DNA of 64,000 nucleotides, taken from NCBI GenBank assembly GCA_965218795.1, contig OZ244653.1:800001-864000 (forward strand), written 5' to 3'. The position numbers and the translations under genes were made by a program. Positions 20,897 to 29,977 of the stretch are shown one piece after another. The stretch's first letter is position 1, and every line of letters starts with the position of its first letter. The notes under the pieces are model-generated. The model had not been told where the DNA came from and searched no databases. It saw only the letters and a program-made list of their open reading frames with translations. The stretch is from a bacterium (GTDB lineage Bacteria; UBA8248; JACPRG01; G963555815).

Positions 20897-21823
20897 ATGG
20901 TTTCCATCTCGACTGCGTATTGGCCCTCGGAGGGGGAGGGCGACAAAATACTCGATGAGGCCGACCGCCTGGGTTTTGGATCGCTCGAGTTGTCCAGCTA
21001 CACGGGGCGAAAACCGCTGGAAGAGATGCTTCCGGCCCTGCGGCGGAAGCGTCTTCAGGTCGTCAGCCTGCACAATCCGTGCCCCAAATATGAGCCGCGG
21101 CTGTTTCCGTGGGAGGTCGCTCGGCCCGAGCCTTTGCTGACGGCCTCCGATCGGGAAGAGCGCGAAGCCGCTTTGGACCTGGCCGAGAAGACCCTGGAAC
21201 TGGCAGCCGACCTGGAGGCCCGGGCCCTCGTCCTTCACCTGGGGCAAACGGACATCCCTCCGCAAGAGGAATGGTTACGGGAGTTCCATGATCGGGAACG
21301 GACGGAAACGGACGAGGGCCGCGAGCGTATTACCGCAATGCTGGACGAGCGCGCGAAGGCGGGAGAGGCCGTGTGGGATGCCCTGCGATTCAGTCTCGAG
21401 GAGCTGACCCGCAAAGGGGAACGCCTCGATTTGTTTCTGGGTGTGGAGAACCGCATCTATATTCACGAAGTGCCCACGTATGATGAAATTGAAAATATCC
21501 TGGCCGCTTTCGCTGGAGGCAACTTTCGATACTGGCATGACGTAGGTCATGCCACGGTTCATCAAAACCTTGGGCTTGCGGACATCGATGGAGTACTGGA
21601 TCGCCTGAGCGAACATCTCATCGGCCTTCACATCCACGATGCGAAGGGTTACGACGATCACCTCGCTCCGGGCCAGGGGGATGCCGACTTCGCCTCGCTT
21701 CCGTCTTATTTGAATTCAGAAACCATACGGGTCATCGAGACCCATCCGCAGGCAAGCGAGGAGGCGCTTCTGGAGGGGGTGGCGATGCTGAAAAACCTCG
21801 GAATCATAGGACCGACAGGATGA
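20897..21823 (+). CDS. Sugar phosphate isomerase/epimerase (xylose-isomerase-like TIM barrel)
   Basis: SLHN, LVLHLG, GVENR, WHDVGHA, HIHDA, DHLAPGQG. Confidence 0.85.
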   Translation: MVSISTAYWPSEGEGDKILDEADRLGFGSLELSSYTGRKPLEEMLPALRRKRLQVVSLHNPCPKYEPRLFPWEVARPEPLLTASDREEREAALDLAEKTLELAADLEARALVLHLGQTDIPPQEEWLREFHDRERTETDEGRERITAMLDERAKAGEAVWDALRFSLEELTRKGERLDLFLGVENRIYIHEVPTYDEIENILAAFAGGNFRYWHDVGHATVHQNLGLADIDGVLDRLSEHLIGLHIHDAKGYDDHLAPGQGDADFASLPSYLNSETIRVIETHPQASEEALLEGVAMLKNLGIIGPTG

Positions 21824-21927
21824 TTTCCACCGGGTCGTGGGAGGCGGGAGCGTCCGGCTTGGAACCAGGCGCCCCGCCATCGCCGGAGGAAGGCTTCTCA
21901 GTATGACGTTTCGCCGGAGAAGGGGCC

Positions 21928-22704
21928 ATGCCAGCTGAGTTCGAAAACATTCTTTATGAAGAGGGCGCCGGGCGCGTCACGATCACTATCAATCGTCCCC
22001 CCCTGAACCTGATCGATCTGGAAACCCTCGAGGAGATGCAGCAGGCCCTCCGCCAAGCCCGATCGGTTTCCGGACTCAAGGCCCTGGTGCTGACAGGAAG
22101 CGGCGACCAGGCCTTCTCGGCCGGCATTACGATCGAAAGCTTTACGCGCGAACGGATCCGGCGCTTCATGGAGATTGCCCGCAGCACCATCGGGATCATG
22201 GAGGAATTGGATATCGTGACCATTGCCGCTATCCGCGGAATGGCCCTGGGGGGAGGATGCGAACTGGCCTGCTGTTGCGACATCATTCTGGCGGACGATA
22301 CGGCCCAATTTGGGTTCCCTGAGGTCAAGGCGGGCCTGTTTCCGCCCGTGGGCGTAGTCGTTCTTCCGCGGTTGGCGGGGATGAAGAAGGCGATGGAGAT
22401 GATCCTGACCGGTGAAGCGCTGAGCGCCCATGAAGCGAAAGAGGCTGGAATCGTCAATTCCGTTTTTCCCCGGGAGGAATTCGATCAAGCGGTCACCCGT
22501 TTTGTCGGGCGTATCAATCGGTCCAGTGCGGCCGTGATGCGAATCACGCGCAGGGCGCTTTACGCTTCCGTCGATACCAATCTAAGGACCGCGCTCGAAC
22601 GAAGTGGATTCCTCTATCTCAACGACTTGATGAACACTGAGGATGCCCACGAAGGCCTGGCTGCGTTTCAGGAGCACCGAAGGCCCCGTTGGAAGAATCG
22701 CTAG
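21928..22704 (+). CDS. Enoyl-CoA hydratase/isomerase family protein
   Basis: AFSAG, ALGGGCEL, FGFPEVKAG, EDAHEGL. Confidence 0.92.
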   Translation: MPAEFENILYEEGAGRVTITINRPPLNLIDLETLEEMQQALRQARSVSGLKALVLTGSGDQAFSAGITIESFTRERIRRFMEIARSTIGIMEELDIVTIAAIRGMALGGGCELACCCDIILADDTAQFGFPEVKAGLFPPVGVVVLPRLAGMKKAMEMILTGEALSAHEAKEAGIVNSVFPREEFDQAVTRFVGRINRSSAAVMRITRRALYASVDTNLRTALERSGFLYLNDLMNTEDAHEGLAAFQEHRRPRWKNR

Positions 22705-22882
22705 GCCCCGCAGGCCGGACTCGGGACTGCCAACCCCTTCCGGCGGTTTCCCCCCACGTCCGTTTGCGTACGTTCCTTTTTGGTTGCGTTGGCGGTTCCT
22801 GCCGGATGCGGGGACGCGCGCCGCTGAAAAACCTCGTGCTAAGGTACCGTCGTTTTGTCGGGCAAATCGCCGGGTGGATGGA

Positions 22883-23953
22883 ATGAAAGATCTCGTACCA
22901 CGGATTCAGCGGGGCGACATCGGGGCGGCGTCGCGGCTGATCTCTCTCGTCGAGGACCGCCGGCTCGAAGGCCGCGAAGCCATGAAGACCGTATTCAAGC
23001 TGACGGGAGGGGCCATGGTGATCGGGATCACCGGCCCCCCGGGCGCGGGCAAGAGCACGCTGGTGGACCGTCTCACGCGGCTCTACCGAGAACAAAAGAA
23101 AACCGTCGGAATCCTCGCCATCGATCCCACCAGCCCGTTTAGCGGAGGAGCCTTTCTGGGCGATCGAGTCCGTATGGGACGCCATGGAACGGACGAAGGC
23201 GTGTTCATCCGATCCATGGCCTCGCGCGGAACGCATGGGGGGGTCGCCCGCACGACAGCCGACGCGGTGTATGTCCTGGATGCATTGGGGCGGGACGTGA
23301 TTCTGATCGAGACCCTCGGCGTGGGGCAGGATGAAGTCGCTGTAGCATCCATGTCGGATCTCATCCTGATTGTCCTCCAACCCGCGACCGGGGACGAAGT
23401 CCAGATGTTGAAGGCGGGCATGATGGAAGCGGGCAATGTCTATGTGGTGAACAAGGCCGATCTCCCGGGAGCCGGTGAAACCGCCAGGCACATCCGGGAG
23501 ATGCTGCTTCGTTCCGAATCCACTGCGGCCTCGGCGTCGATCCGGGGAAAAGAGCGCCAGGTTTTCCTGACCATCGCCAATACGGGGCTGGGGGTTCAGT
23601 TGTTGCATCAGGCGATCGAAGACGGCTTGGCGGCGCTCAAGGAGCAGCCCGATGCCCTGGCGAACCGGCGTAGAGTCAGGCTCACGGAAAATCTTCGCTC
23701 CCTGCTTCAGGAAGAAGCCGGCGACAGAATGTGGAATCGTCTTCGGGAGTCAGCCGAATTCGATGCCTGGGTCGACGGCCTGATGGGCAGGACGATGGAT
23801 CCTTATACGCTTATCGATCGGGCTCTCAAGGCACTCGACGGCTCGCCCCCCTTTCCCGGTTCCCCTCCGCGATCACAGAATGTTTCGGATGATCCCGTTG
23901 CGAAACCCCGAGCCGCCAAATCGGCTCAGGCGTCTCTCAGGCGCGATCGCTGA
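22883..23953 (+). CDS. meaB: MeaB/ArgK GTPase (chaperone of B12-dependent acyl-CoA mutases)
   Basis: GITGPPGAGKST, AIDPTSPFSGGAFLGDRVRM, RSMASRG, IETLGVGQDE, VNKAD. Confidence 0.93.
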   Translation: MKDLVPRIQRGDIGAASRLISLVEDRRLEGREAMKTVFKLTGGAMVIGITGPPGAGKSTLVDRLTRLYREQKKTVGILAIDPTSPFSGGAFLGDRVRMGRHGTDEGVFIRSMASRGTHGGVARTTADAVYVLDALGRDVILIETLGVGQDEVAVASMSDLILIVLQPATGDEVQMLKAGMMEAGNVYVVNKADLPGAGETARHIREMLLRSESTAASASIRGKERQVFLTIANTGLGVQLLHQAIEDGLAALKEQPDALANRRRVRLTENLRSLLQEEAGDRMWNRLRESAEFDAWVDGLMGRTMDPYTLIDRALKALDGSPPFPGSPPRSQNVSDDPVAKPRAAKSAQASLRRDR

Positions 23954-24059
23954 TAGTGACTCTTCTTGTTTCAGCCTGATTCACGAGGGCCGGACGATCA
24001 CGGGCATCCTCAAAATTAAGGAAGGTTGGCGGGCCGATGCAGGGAGATAACCAGCCCAA

Positions 24060-25277
24060 ATGACCTCGACTTCCCAGGAAGCCGCGCGCCTGGCGGACAC
24101 CCTGCGGCGTGAATCCAAGTCCCTCGGGTTCGACGCCCTGGCGATCACCGATGCCGGCCGGCTGGCTCGGGAGGACTTCTTCGATCGCTGGCTGAGCCGG
24201 GGGTTCGGCGGAAAGATGTCCTATCTTTATCGAAATCGGGACCCCCGGATCGATCCGCGCCGCGCGTGGCCGGAAGTGAAATCCGTTGTGACGCTCGCAA
24301 TGAGCTACCATACGGGCATCGGGCCTGTTGCGGAAAAAAGCCGTAAAGGTAAAAATGGACGCCCTATCGGGGCCGTTTCCCGGTATGCCTGGGGCCGGGA
24401 TTACCACAAGGTCATCCGGAAGCGTCTCATCAAGCTCGCTCGGACCGTCGAAGAATCGGGTCTGGGCCGCGCCGTCAAGTGTTACGTGGACACGGGACCG
24501 GTGATCGAGCGGGAATGGGCTGCCCGATCTGGACTGGGGTGGATCGGCAAGAATACGCTGGTTCTCAATTCGGAATTGGGCTCCTGGTTCTTTCTCGGAA
24601 TTCTGCTCCTGAACGTCGAGCTTCCCCCGGATAGTCCGCAGTCGGACCTCTGCGGCACGTGCACCCGCTGTATTCAGGCGTGTCCGACCGGCGCCCTCAC
24701 CCAGCCTTATGTCATGGACTCGAGCCGGTGCATCTCATACCTGAACATTGAGCTGCGGGGATGGATTCCCCGCGAATTGCGGGCCCTGATGGGCAGCTGG
24801 GTATTCGGGTGTGACGACTGCCAGACCGTATGCCCGTACAATGGCGATCCTCCGGTCTCGGGCAATCGGGATTTTTACCACCGGGAAAGGCTGGACGCGC
24901 CGGACTTGATCGAACTCCTTGAAATGGATGAGGGGTCATTTCAAGACCGTTTTCAGGGTTCTCCCCTCAAGCGCGCCCGGTGGGTTGGGATCGTTCGGAA
25001 CGCGGCGGTCGCTCTGGGCAACTCGGGGGAGGGGAGCGCCATTGCGCCGCTTGGCCGGGCGCTGGATCATGTGGAGCCGATCATCCGCGGGCATTCGGCC
25101 TGGGCGCTCGGGAGACTGGGCGGTCCAACGGCCAAGAAGTTTTTGAAAGAACGATTGGCCGCGGAATCCGATGCCGAGGTCAGGGTGGAAATCAAGGCCG
25201 CTCTCGACGATTGGGGAAAGCGAGGTCGGACTGCCGGAAGGAGCGCCGTCGTCCGAGTTTCTCCAGAGGAAACGTAA
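24060..25277 (+). CDS. queG: tRNA epoxyqueuosine reductase QueG
   Basis: SRYAWGRDYH, VDTGPVIER, GWIGKN, CGTCTRCIQACPT, RCISY, GCDDCQTVCP; HEAT repeats at the C-terminus. Confidence 0.95.
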   Translation: MTSTSQEAARLADTLRRESKSLGFDALAITDAGRLAREDFFDRWLSRGFGGKMSYLYRNRDPRIDPRRAWPEVKSVVTLAMSYHTGIGPVAEKSRKGKNGRPIGAVSRYAWGRDYHKVIRKRLIKLARTVEESGLGRAVKCYVDTGPVIEREWAARSGLGWIGKNTLVLNSELGSWFFLGILLLNVELPPDSPQSDLCGTCTRCIQACPTGALTQPYVMDSSRCISYLNIELRGWIPRELRALMGSWVFGCDDCQTVCPYNGDPPVSGNRDFYHRERLDAPDLIELLEMDEGSFQDRFQGSPLKRARWVGIVRNAAVALGNSGEGSAIAPLGRALDHVEPIIRGHSAWALGRLGGPTAKKFLKERLAAESDAEVRVEIKAALDDWGKRGRTAGRSAVVRVSPEET

Positions 25278-25309
25278 CATATTCAATCTAAACGTAATTT
25301 ATTCAATAT
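25270..25309 (+). repeat. 20-bp imperfect tandem direct repeat in an AT-rich promoter region
   Basis: AAACGTAACATATTCAATCT / AAACGTAATTTATTCAATAT (17/20 identical), about 45 bp upstream of the aldolase ATG. Confidence 0.6.
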
Positions 25310-25353
25310 ATTAACATGATTATATGAATGTATCAGTTTAGGAGACGAAAGTC

Positions 25354-26067
25354 ATGAATGCGTTGTCTGACACCAAGGAAAAGCTGATTCTGGCTCACAG
25401 GATCCTATCAGCCTACGGCGCTTTCGAGCTCAATCTCGGGCACGTCAGCGTACGGCTTCCGGAATCGGATCGATACATGATCATCGGTCACATTCACCAC
25501 CTCGGGAAGACCTTCGATGACCTCGAACCGGAGCACCTGACCATCATGGACGGCGAAGGTGAAGTGGTGGAAGGGGAGCTCAAGCCCCCCGGAGAGCGCT
25601 TCATTCATACGGAAATCTACAAAATGCGTCCGGACGTGCAGTCCATTGCCCATGCGCACCCGCACACCTCGGTCGCATTCAGTGTCTCGGGGACGGACAT
25701 CCTGCCGATTGGCCATCGGGGCACCATCTTCGCGCCCAAGGTCCGCATGCTGGACAACCCCGGACAGATCGACAGTCCGGAGTTGGGGCAGGAAGTGGCG
25801 GAGGCAATAGGGGGGGCGCCCGCCGTCATTCTGGCCGGACACGGTGTGGTTTGCGTGGGTGGCTCCATTGAGGAATCGGTCACCGTGATGATCGCCCTGG
25901 AAGACACGGCCAAGCTCCAGCTTACGGCCAGCCAGGTGGGGACGCCGCTGCCGATCGGGGACGAGCAGCTGGAAGATGGAATGACCCACGGGATTGAGTT
26001 CAGCGAGTTTATCGAGTGCACGTGGGCGGCCTATACTGCACGTGTTCGCCGAGCGGGCAAATCCTGA
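25354..26067 (+). CDS. Class II aldolase/adducin family protein
   Basis: GHVSVR, PGERFIHTEIY, RPDV.SIAHAHP, LAGHG; RBS AGGAG. Confidence 0.9.
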   Translation: MNALSDTKEKLILAHRILSAYGAFELNLGHVSVRLPESDRYMIIGHIHHLGKTFDDLEPEHLTIMDGEGEVVEGELKPPGERFIHTEIYKMRPDVQSIAHAHPHTSVAFSVSGTDILPIGHRGTIFAPKVRMLDNPGQIDSPELGQEVAEAIGGAPAVILAGHGVVCVGGSIEESVTVMIALEDTAKLQLTASQVGTPLPIGDEQLEDGMTHGIEFSEFIECTWAAYTARVRRAGKS

Positions 26068-26175
26068 TCATTGCAGCCGCGATGATGATCCATTGATCCA
26101 AACTGCCCCGTTGCGACGTCAATTGGACTGCGCAGGAATGATAGGGACACGCTCCCTCTCAGGAGGATTTGACCC

Positions 26176-27198
26176 ATGCGAGCCATGGTTCTGCATGAAT
26201 TCAACGGTCCGTTAACGGAGGAAACCGTCCCCGATCCGAAACCAGGCCGCGGCGAGGCCGTCATCCGCGTACGCGGATGCGCCGTCGATCAGTTCGACCT
26301 GACGATTCGAAAGGGAGAGGTCGAAGGGACAAAACTGCCCCTCATCCTGGGACACGAAATCGCGGGAGAGGTCACGGAACTGGGGGAGGGGGTGGATGAC
26401 CTGACGGCCGGAGACCGGGTGGCTTCTACGCTCTATGTAACGTGCGGCCGGTGCCGGCCGTGCCGGACTGGGGCCGAGACCGTTTGCGAAAATTTCCTGG
26501 GGTACATCGGGGCGCAGTTCGACGGCGGCTACGCCGATCTCATGAAGGTGCCCGCGGGCAACCTGGTCCGGATAGGGGATACGATCTCGTATGAGGAGGG
26601 TTCGGTCCTGGCCAACGCCATCGGTACGCCTTATCACGGAATCGTCAGGCGGGCCCAGGTCCGGCCGGGCGAAACCGTCCTCATCACGGGCGCGGGCGGC
26701 GGGGTCGGTCTCCACGCAGTCCAGTTGGCCTCGCTCGCCGGCGGGCGCGTCATGGGGGCGGATATCAGCGACGACAAATGCCGGGGAATCCTGGAGATGG
26801 GCGCGGAGCGGGCGGTGGATCCAACCCGGGATTCGCTGGTGGAGACCGCCATGGACTGGACGGACGGCCACGGCGTAGACGTTGTCATCGAGTTGGTGGG
26901 AACGGCGACGATCGGCGAAACGATCCGCTGTCTGGCGATTCGGGGACGAATGGCCATCATCGGGTCGCATACGGGCCGAACGATGAAGACCGATCCGCTT
27001 TACCTCATGCGCAGGGAGTTGACCGTCATGGGCTCCCGGAACTGCTCCAAGCAGGATTTAAGGGAGGTCGTCGCCCTGGTGGAAGAGAAGAAGATCAAGG
27101 CGATTTTCTCGAAGACCTATCCATTGCAGCAGGCCGAGGCGGTTCTGGAGCGAATGGCTAAAGGAGAATATGTGGGCCGGCCCGTGTTGATTCCGTAG
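26176..27198 (+). CDS. Zn-dependent medium-chain alcohol dehydrogenase
   Basis: LGHEIAG, CGRCRPCRTGAETVC, ITGAGGGVG; RBS AGGAGG. Confidence 0.92.
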   Translation: MRAMVLHEFNGPLTEETVPDPKPGRGEAVIRVRGCAVDQFDLTIRKGEVEGTKLPLILGHEIAGEVTELGEGVDDLTAGDRVASTLYVTCGRCRPCRTGAETVCENFLGYIGAQFDGGYADLMKVPAGNLVRIGDTISYEEGSVLANAIGTPYHGIVRRAQVRPGETVLITGAGGGVGLHAVQLASLAGGRVMGADISDDKCRGILEMGAERAVDPTRDSLVETAMDWTDGHGVDVVIELVGTATIGETIRCLAIRGRMAIIGSHTGRTMKTDPLYLMRRELTVMGSRNCSKQDLREVVALVEEKKIKAIFSKTYPLQQAEAVLERMAKGEYVGRPVLIP

Positions 27199-27322
27199 CG
27201 GAGGTCGTGACTTGCCCGGAGGCGATGGTGGCCCGCAAGGCGTTCGGGCGGGCCGCTTACTGGATCTGCGCTCTTCAATAGGTGAGGATTCGGTTTTGGG
27301 GGTTCAGGAAGTCCCGGTGGTG

Positions 27323-27348
27323 TGGATTCCTGCTTGTGCAGGAATGAC
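27323..27348. repeat. REP-like palindrome (GTCATTCC...GGAATCC family)
   Basis: TGGATTCCTGCTTGTGCAGGAATGAC: stem ATTCCTGC/GCAGGAAT flanked by GG and GAC, between convergent genes. Confidence 0.6.
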
Positions 27349-27581
27349 AAACTGGGGGCATGGCCTATGGCGGAATGCAAGCCGGGGACCTGGAAGAGAA
27401 AAACGAGTAGGGGCGAGGAAAAGGAGGGATGGAAGGAGCAGGATCTATCGCATTCAGGACTGCGAAACAAACCACGGTTCTTTCTCTGTTTTGATTTCGG
27501 AGATCCGCCGCCGAGCGTGCTTGGCTGTCGGGAAAGGCAAGAGAACCCGCACGGTCGAAAAGCGGAGAGCGGGGGCAAGGG

Positions 27582-28790
27582 TCAACCCTCGTTCAACAAC
27601 GACTCAACCGACCGTGTGAGCATCTCGATCCCGATTCCCATCGCGCCCTCGTCAAAGTCGAAGCGGGAGTTGTGGTGGGGATGGTTCAAGCCTTTTTCCT
27701 CATTGGCCGACCCGATGAAAAAGAAGCAGCCCGGGACCTTTCGGAGGAAGAAGGACATGTCCTCACCTCCCAGCGTGGTCTGGTGGCGGATGACCTCCCC
27801 GGGACCCACCAGCTCCTGGGCCAATCCCTCGATTCGGCCCACGACCCCCGGGTCGTTGCGCGTCACCGGGTACATCTTGCAATAGTCCACCTCGGCGGTG
27901 GCGCCGAATCCCGCGGCCACGCCTTCGGCCATTCGCTGAATCCGTCCCGGCATCACCTCCCACAATTCATCCGAAAGCGTGCGGACCGTCCCGAGCAGCT
28001 TGACTTCGTCGGGGATGACATTGAACGTGCTCCCCCCGTGAATCGAGCCGATCGTCAGAATGGCCGGATCGAGCGGATTTCGCTCCCGGCTCATCAGGGT
28101 CTGGAGCGCTGAGATCAGCTGAGCCGAGACGACTATGGGATCAACGCCGTCATGGGGCTTGGCCGCATGGGACCCTTTGCCGCGAACGGTGATTTCCAGA
28201 CGGTCCATGCTCGCCATGATCGGACCCGACTGGATTCCTATCTGCCCCACCGGCAGGTCATTCCACAGGTGGATGCCCACGGCGAGGTCGACGTCCGGGT
28301 CCTTGAGCGCTCCGGCTTCGATCATGGGCTGGGCCCCTCCGGGCCCCTCCTCGGCGGGCTGAAAGATGAACTTCACGTTGCCGTGCAGGCGGTCCCGGCG
28401 GTCGTTCAGGACCCGGGCCGCCATCAGCGCCATGGCCGTATGTCCGTCGTGACCGCAGGCGTGCATGACGCCGTCGTTTTGGGACCGATAAGGAACATCG
28501 CCTGCCTCCTGGATTGGGAGGGCGTCCATATCGGCGCGGACCATGACGGTCTTGCCCGAATGGCCGCCCCGCAGCAGGCCGACCACGCCTGTCTTGGCCA
28601 CGCCGCCGGTCGTCTTCAACCCAAGGGCCTTCAATCTGTCGGCTACGACGGAAGCCGTCCGATCCTCCTGGAAACCCAGCTCCGGCCGGGCGTGCAGGTC
28701 CCGGCGGATTTCAACGGCCTCTTCATACGCGGCGGCCACATCTTCGGAAAGGTCCGGAATGTTCGGGGGTTTGGATGGCTGTGCTGTCAT
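27582..28790 (-). CDS. M20D-family amidohydrolase
   Basis: RRDLHARPELG, RADMDAL, MHACGHDGH, FQPAEE, GGEDMS, HHNSRFD; RBS GGAGGA before ATG 28790. Confidence 0.93.
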   Translation of the reverse strand: MTAQPSKPPNIPDLSEDVAAAYEEAVEIRRDLHARPELGFQEDRTASVVADRLKALGLKTTGGVAKTGVVGLLRGGHSGKTVMVRADMDALPIQEAGDVPYRSQNDGVMHACGHDGHTAMALMAARVLNDRRDRLHGNVKFIFQPAEEGPGGAQPMIEAGALKDPDVDLAVGIHLWNDLPVGQIGIQSGPIMASMDRLEITVRGKGSHAAKPHDGVDPIVVSAQLISALQTLMSRERNPLDPAILTIGSIHGGSTFNVIPDEVKLLGTVRTLSDELWEVMPGRIQRMAEGVAAGFGATAEVDYCKMYPVTRNDPGVVGRIEGLAQELVGPGEVIRHQTTLGGEDMSFFLRKVPGCFFFIGSANEEKGLNHPHHNSRFDFDEGAMGIGIEMLTRSVESLLNEG

Positions 28791-28889
28791 GAATCCTCCT
28801 TCAGGGCTCGCAGGCGGACGAACTCCTTCCACATTAGATTATCACATCCTTCCCCGTCCACCCCGTCCCGTATCGATGAGTCGGGGTTC

Positions 28890-28946
28890 CTCCATGCACG
28901 CATGGAGAAGCACGGCGTTGAATTACCGCCGCAAGCCGGATATCAT
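28890..28946 (+). promoter_or_regulatory. Sigma70-type promoter for the cyclase gene, with an upstream palindrome
   Basis: TTGAAT (28918-28923), 17 bp, TATCAT (28941-28946); inverted repeat CTCCATGC-AC-GCATGGAG at 28890-28907. Confidence 0.55.
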
Positions 28947-29060
28947 CTGCCTTCGTGCGGGTATGTTTTCAGCGAACGGGTTAAAGCGGGGCGCGGGGAG
29001 AGCAGGTCTCTCCCCCGATGCCCCCGGCGTCATCAAACCATAGAAGAGGAGAATGAGAGT

Positions 29061-29816
29061 ATGCGTCTGGTCGATTTGAGCCACCCCTGGAACATGCACA
29101 CGCCCGCGTGGGTCGGATACGTGCCGCCGAAGATCTATTACTGGCAGACCATCAGCTCTGCGGGGATCAATGCCCAGGCCATCGAAACCACTTTGCATAT
29201 CGGGACTCACCTGGATTCCCAAATGCACGCCGTGCCCGGCGGGCAGAGCATCGGCGATTACGACGTCAATTGGCTCTACGGGGACGCCGCCATCGTGGAC
29301 ATCAGCAATGATGTCGAGGAGTGGGGAATCATCACGCCGGAGATGCTCACCAGCCAGGGCGTGGAGATCAGGAAGGGCGACATCCTCGTCTACCACACCG
29401 GCTACCATCATCATTACGTCGGGGGAGACAAGCCCGACGACTTCAAGTACATGTGCAGGCACCCGGGCGGTTACGTCGAGCTCGCCGAGTGGCTGCTGGA
29501 GATGGAAATCCGCTACACGGTGTTTGACTGCGGCTCGGGCGACCACCCCATGAATACGCACATCGCCGAGCGGGTGCCGCATCTCGTCCCGGAATTTGAA
29601 GATATGATGGGGAAGAAGCTCCACGAGGTGTTCCCCCGTGAAAATTGGTACGTCATGCACAAGATTCCCTTCGCGGCGGGCTGCATACACGTGGAGAACA
29701 TGGGCGGCGACATCGATCAGGTCCTCAACCGCCGGTGCCGGGTCGGCTGTTTCCCCTGGCGTTTCGACGGCGGCGAAGGGGCCATGTGCCGGATGGTGGC
29801 GTTCATCGAGGACTAG
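29061..29816 (+). CDS. Cyclase family metal hydrolase (kynurenine formamidase-like)
   Basis: VDLSH, HIGTHLDSQMH (HxGTHxD), GDILVYHTG, HVENM, FPWRF.GG. Confidence 0.9.
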   Translation: MRLVDLSHPWNMHTPAWVGYVPPKIYYWQTISSAGINAQAIETTLHIGTHLDSQMHAVPGGQSIGDYDVNWLYGDAAIVDISNDVEEWGIITPEMLTSQGVEIRKGDILVYHTGYHHHYVGGDKPDDFKYMCRHPGGYVELAEWLLEMEIRYTVFDCGSGDHPMNTHIAERVPHLVPEFEDMMGKKLHEVFPRENWYVMHKIPFAAGCIHVENMGGDIDQVLNRRCRVGCFPWRFDGGEGAMCRMVAFIED

Positions 29817-29890
29817 GATCCCCGGAGAAGAAGGGCAGGGGGATTCGGGACCACGGTCTTTATTTCCCGGGTCATGTTCAAGATCACGAT

Positions 29891-29965
29891 GCAGGGGAGG
29901 ACCCTGTGCCCTCCCTCCCTCCCGATTCCAAGAGTGGGTGGGGCAACAAGGATCCGTGCCTCCAT
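29891..29965. repeat. Degenerate GTAG-type REP dimer
   Basis: GCAGGGGAGGACCCTGTGCCCTCCC ... GGGCAACAAGGATCCGTGCCTCCAT resembles inverted GTAGGGGC...GCCC / GGGC...CCCCTAC REP pairs. Confidence 0.35.
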
Positions 29966-29977
29966 AAATAGCGTGCA

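Noticed and set aside
28152-29060. 554-aa ORF suggesting a cyclase fusion
   Set aside because: Upstream part is antisense to the M20 gene; the cyclase has its own RBS and ATG at 29061.
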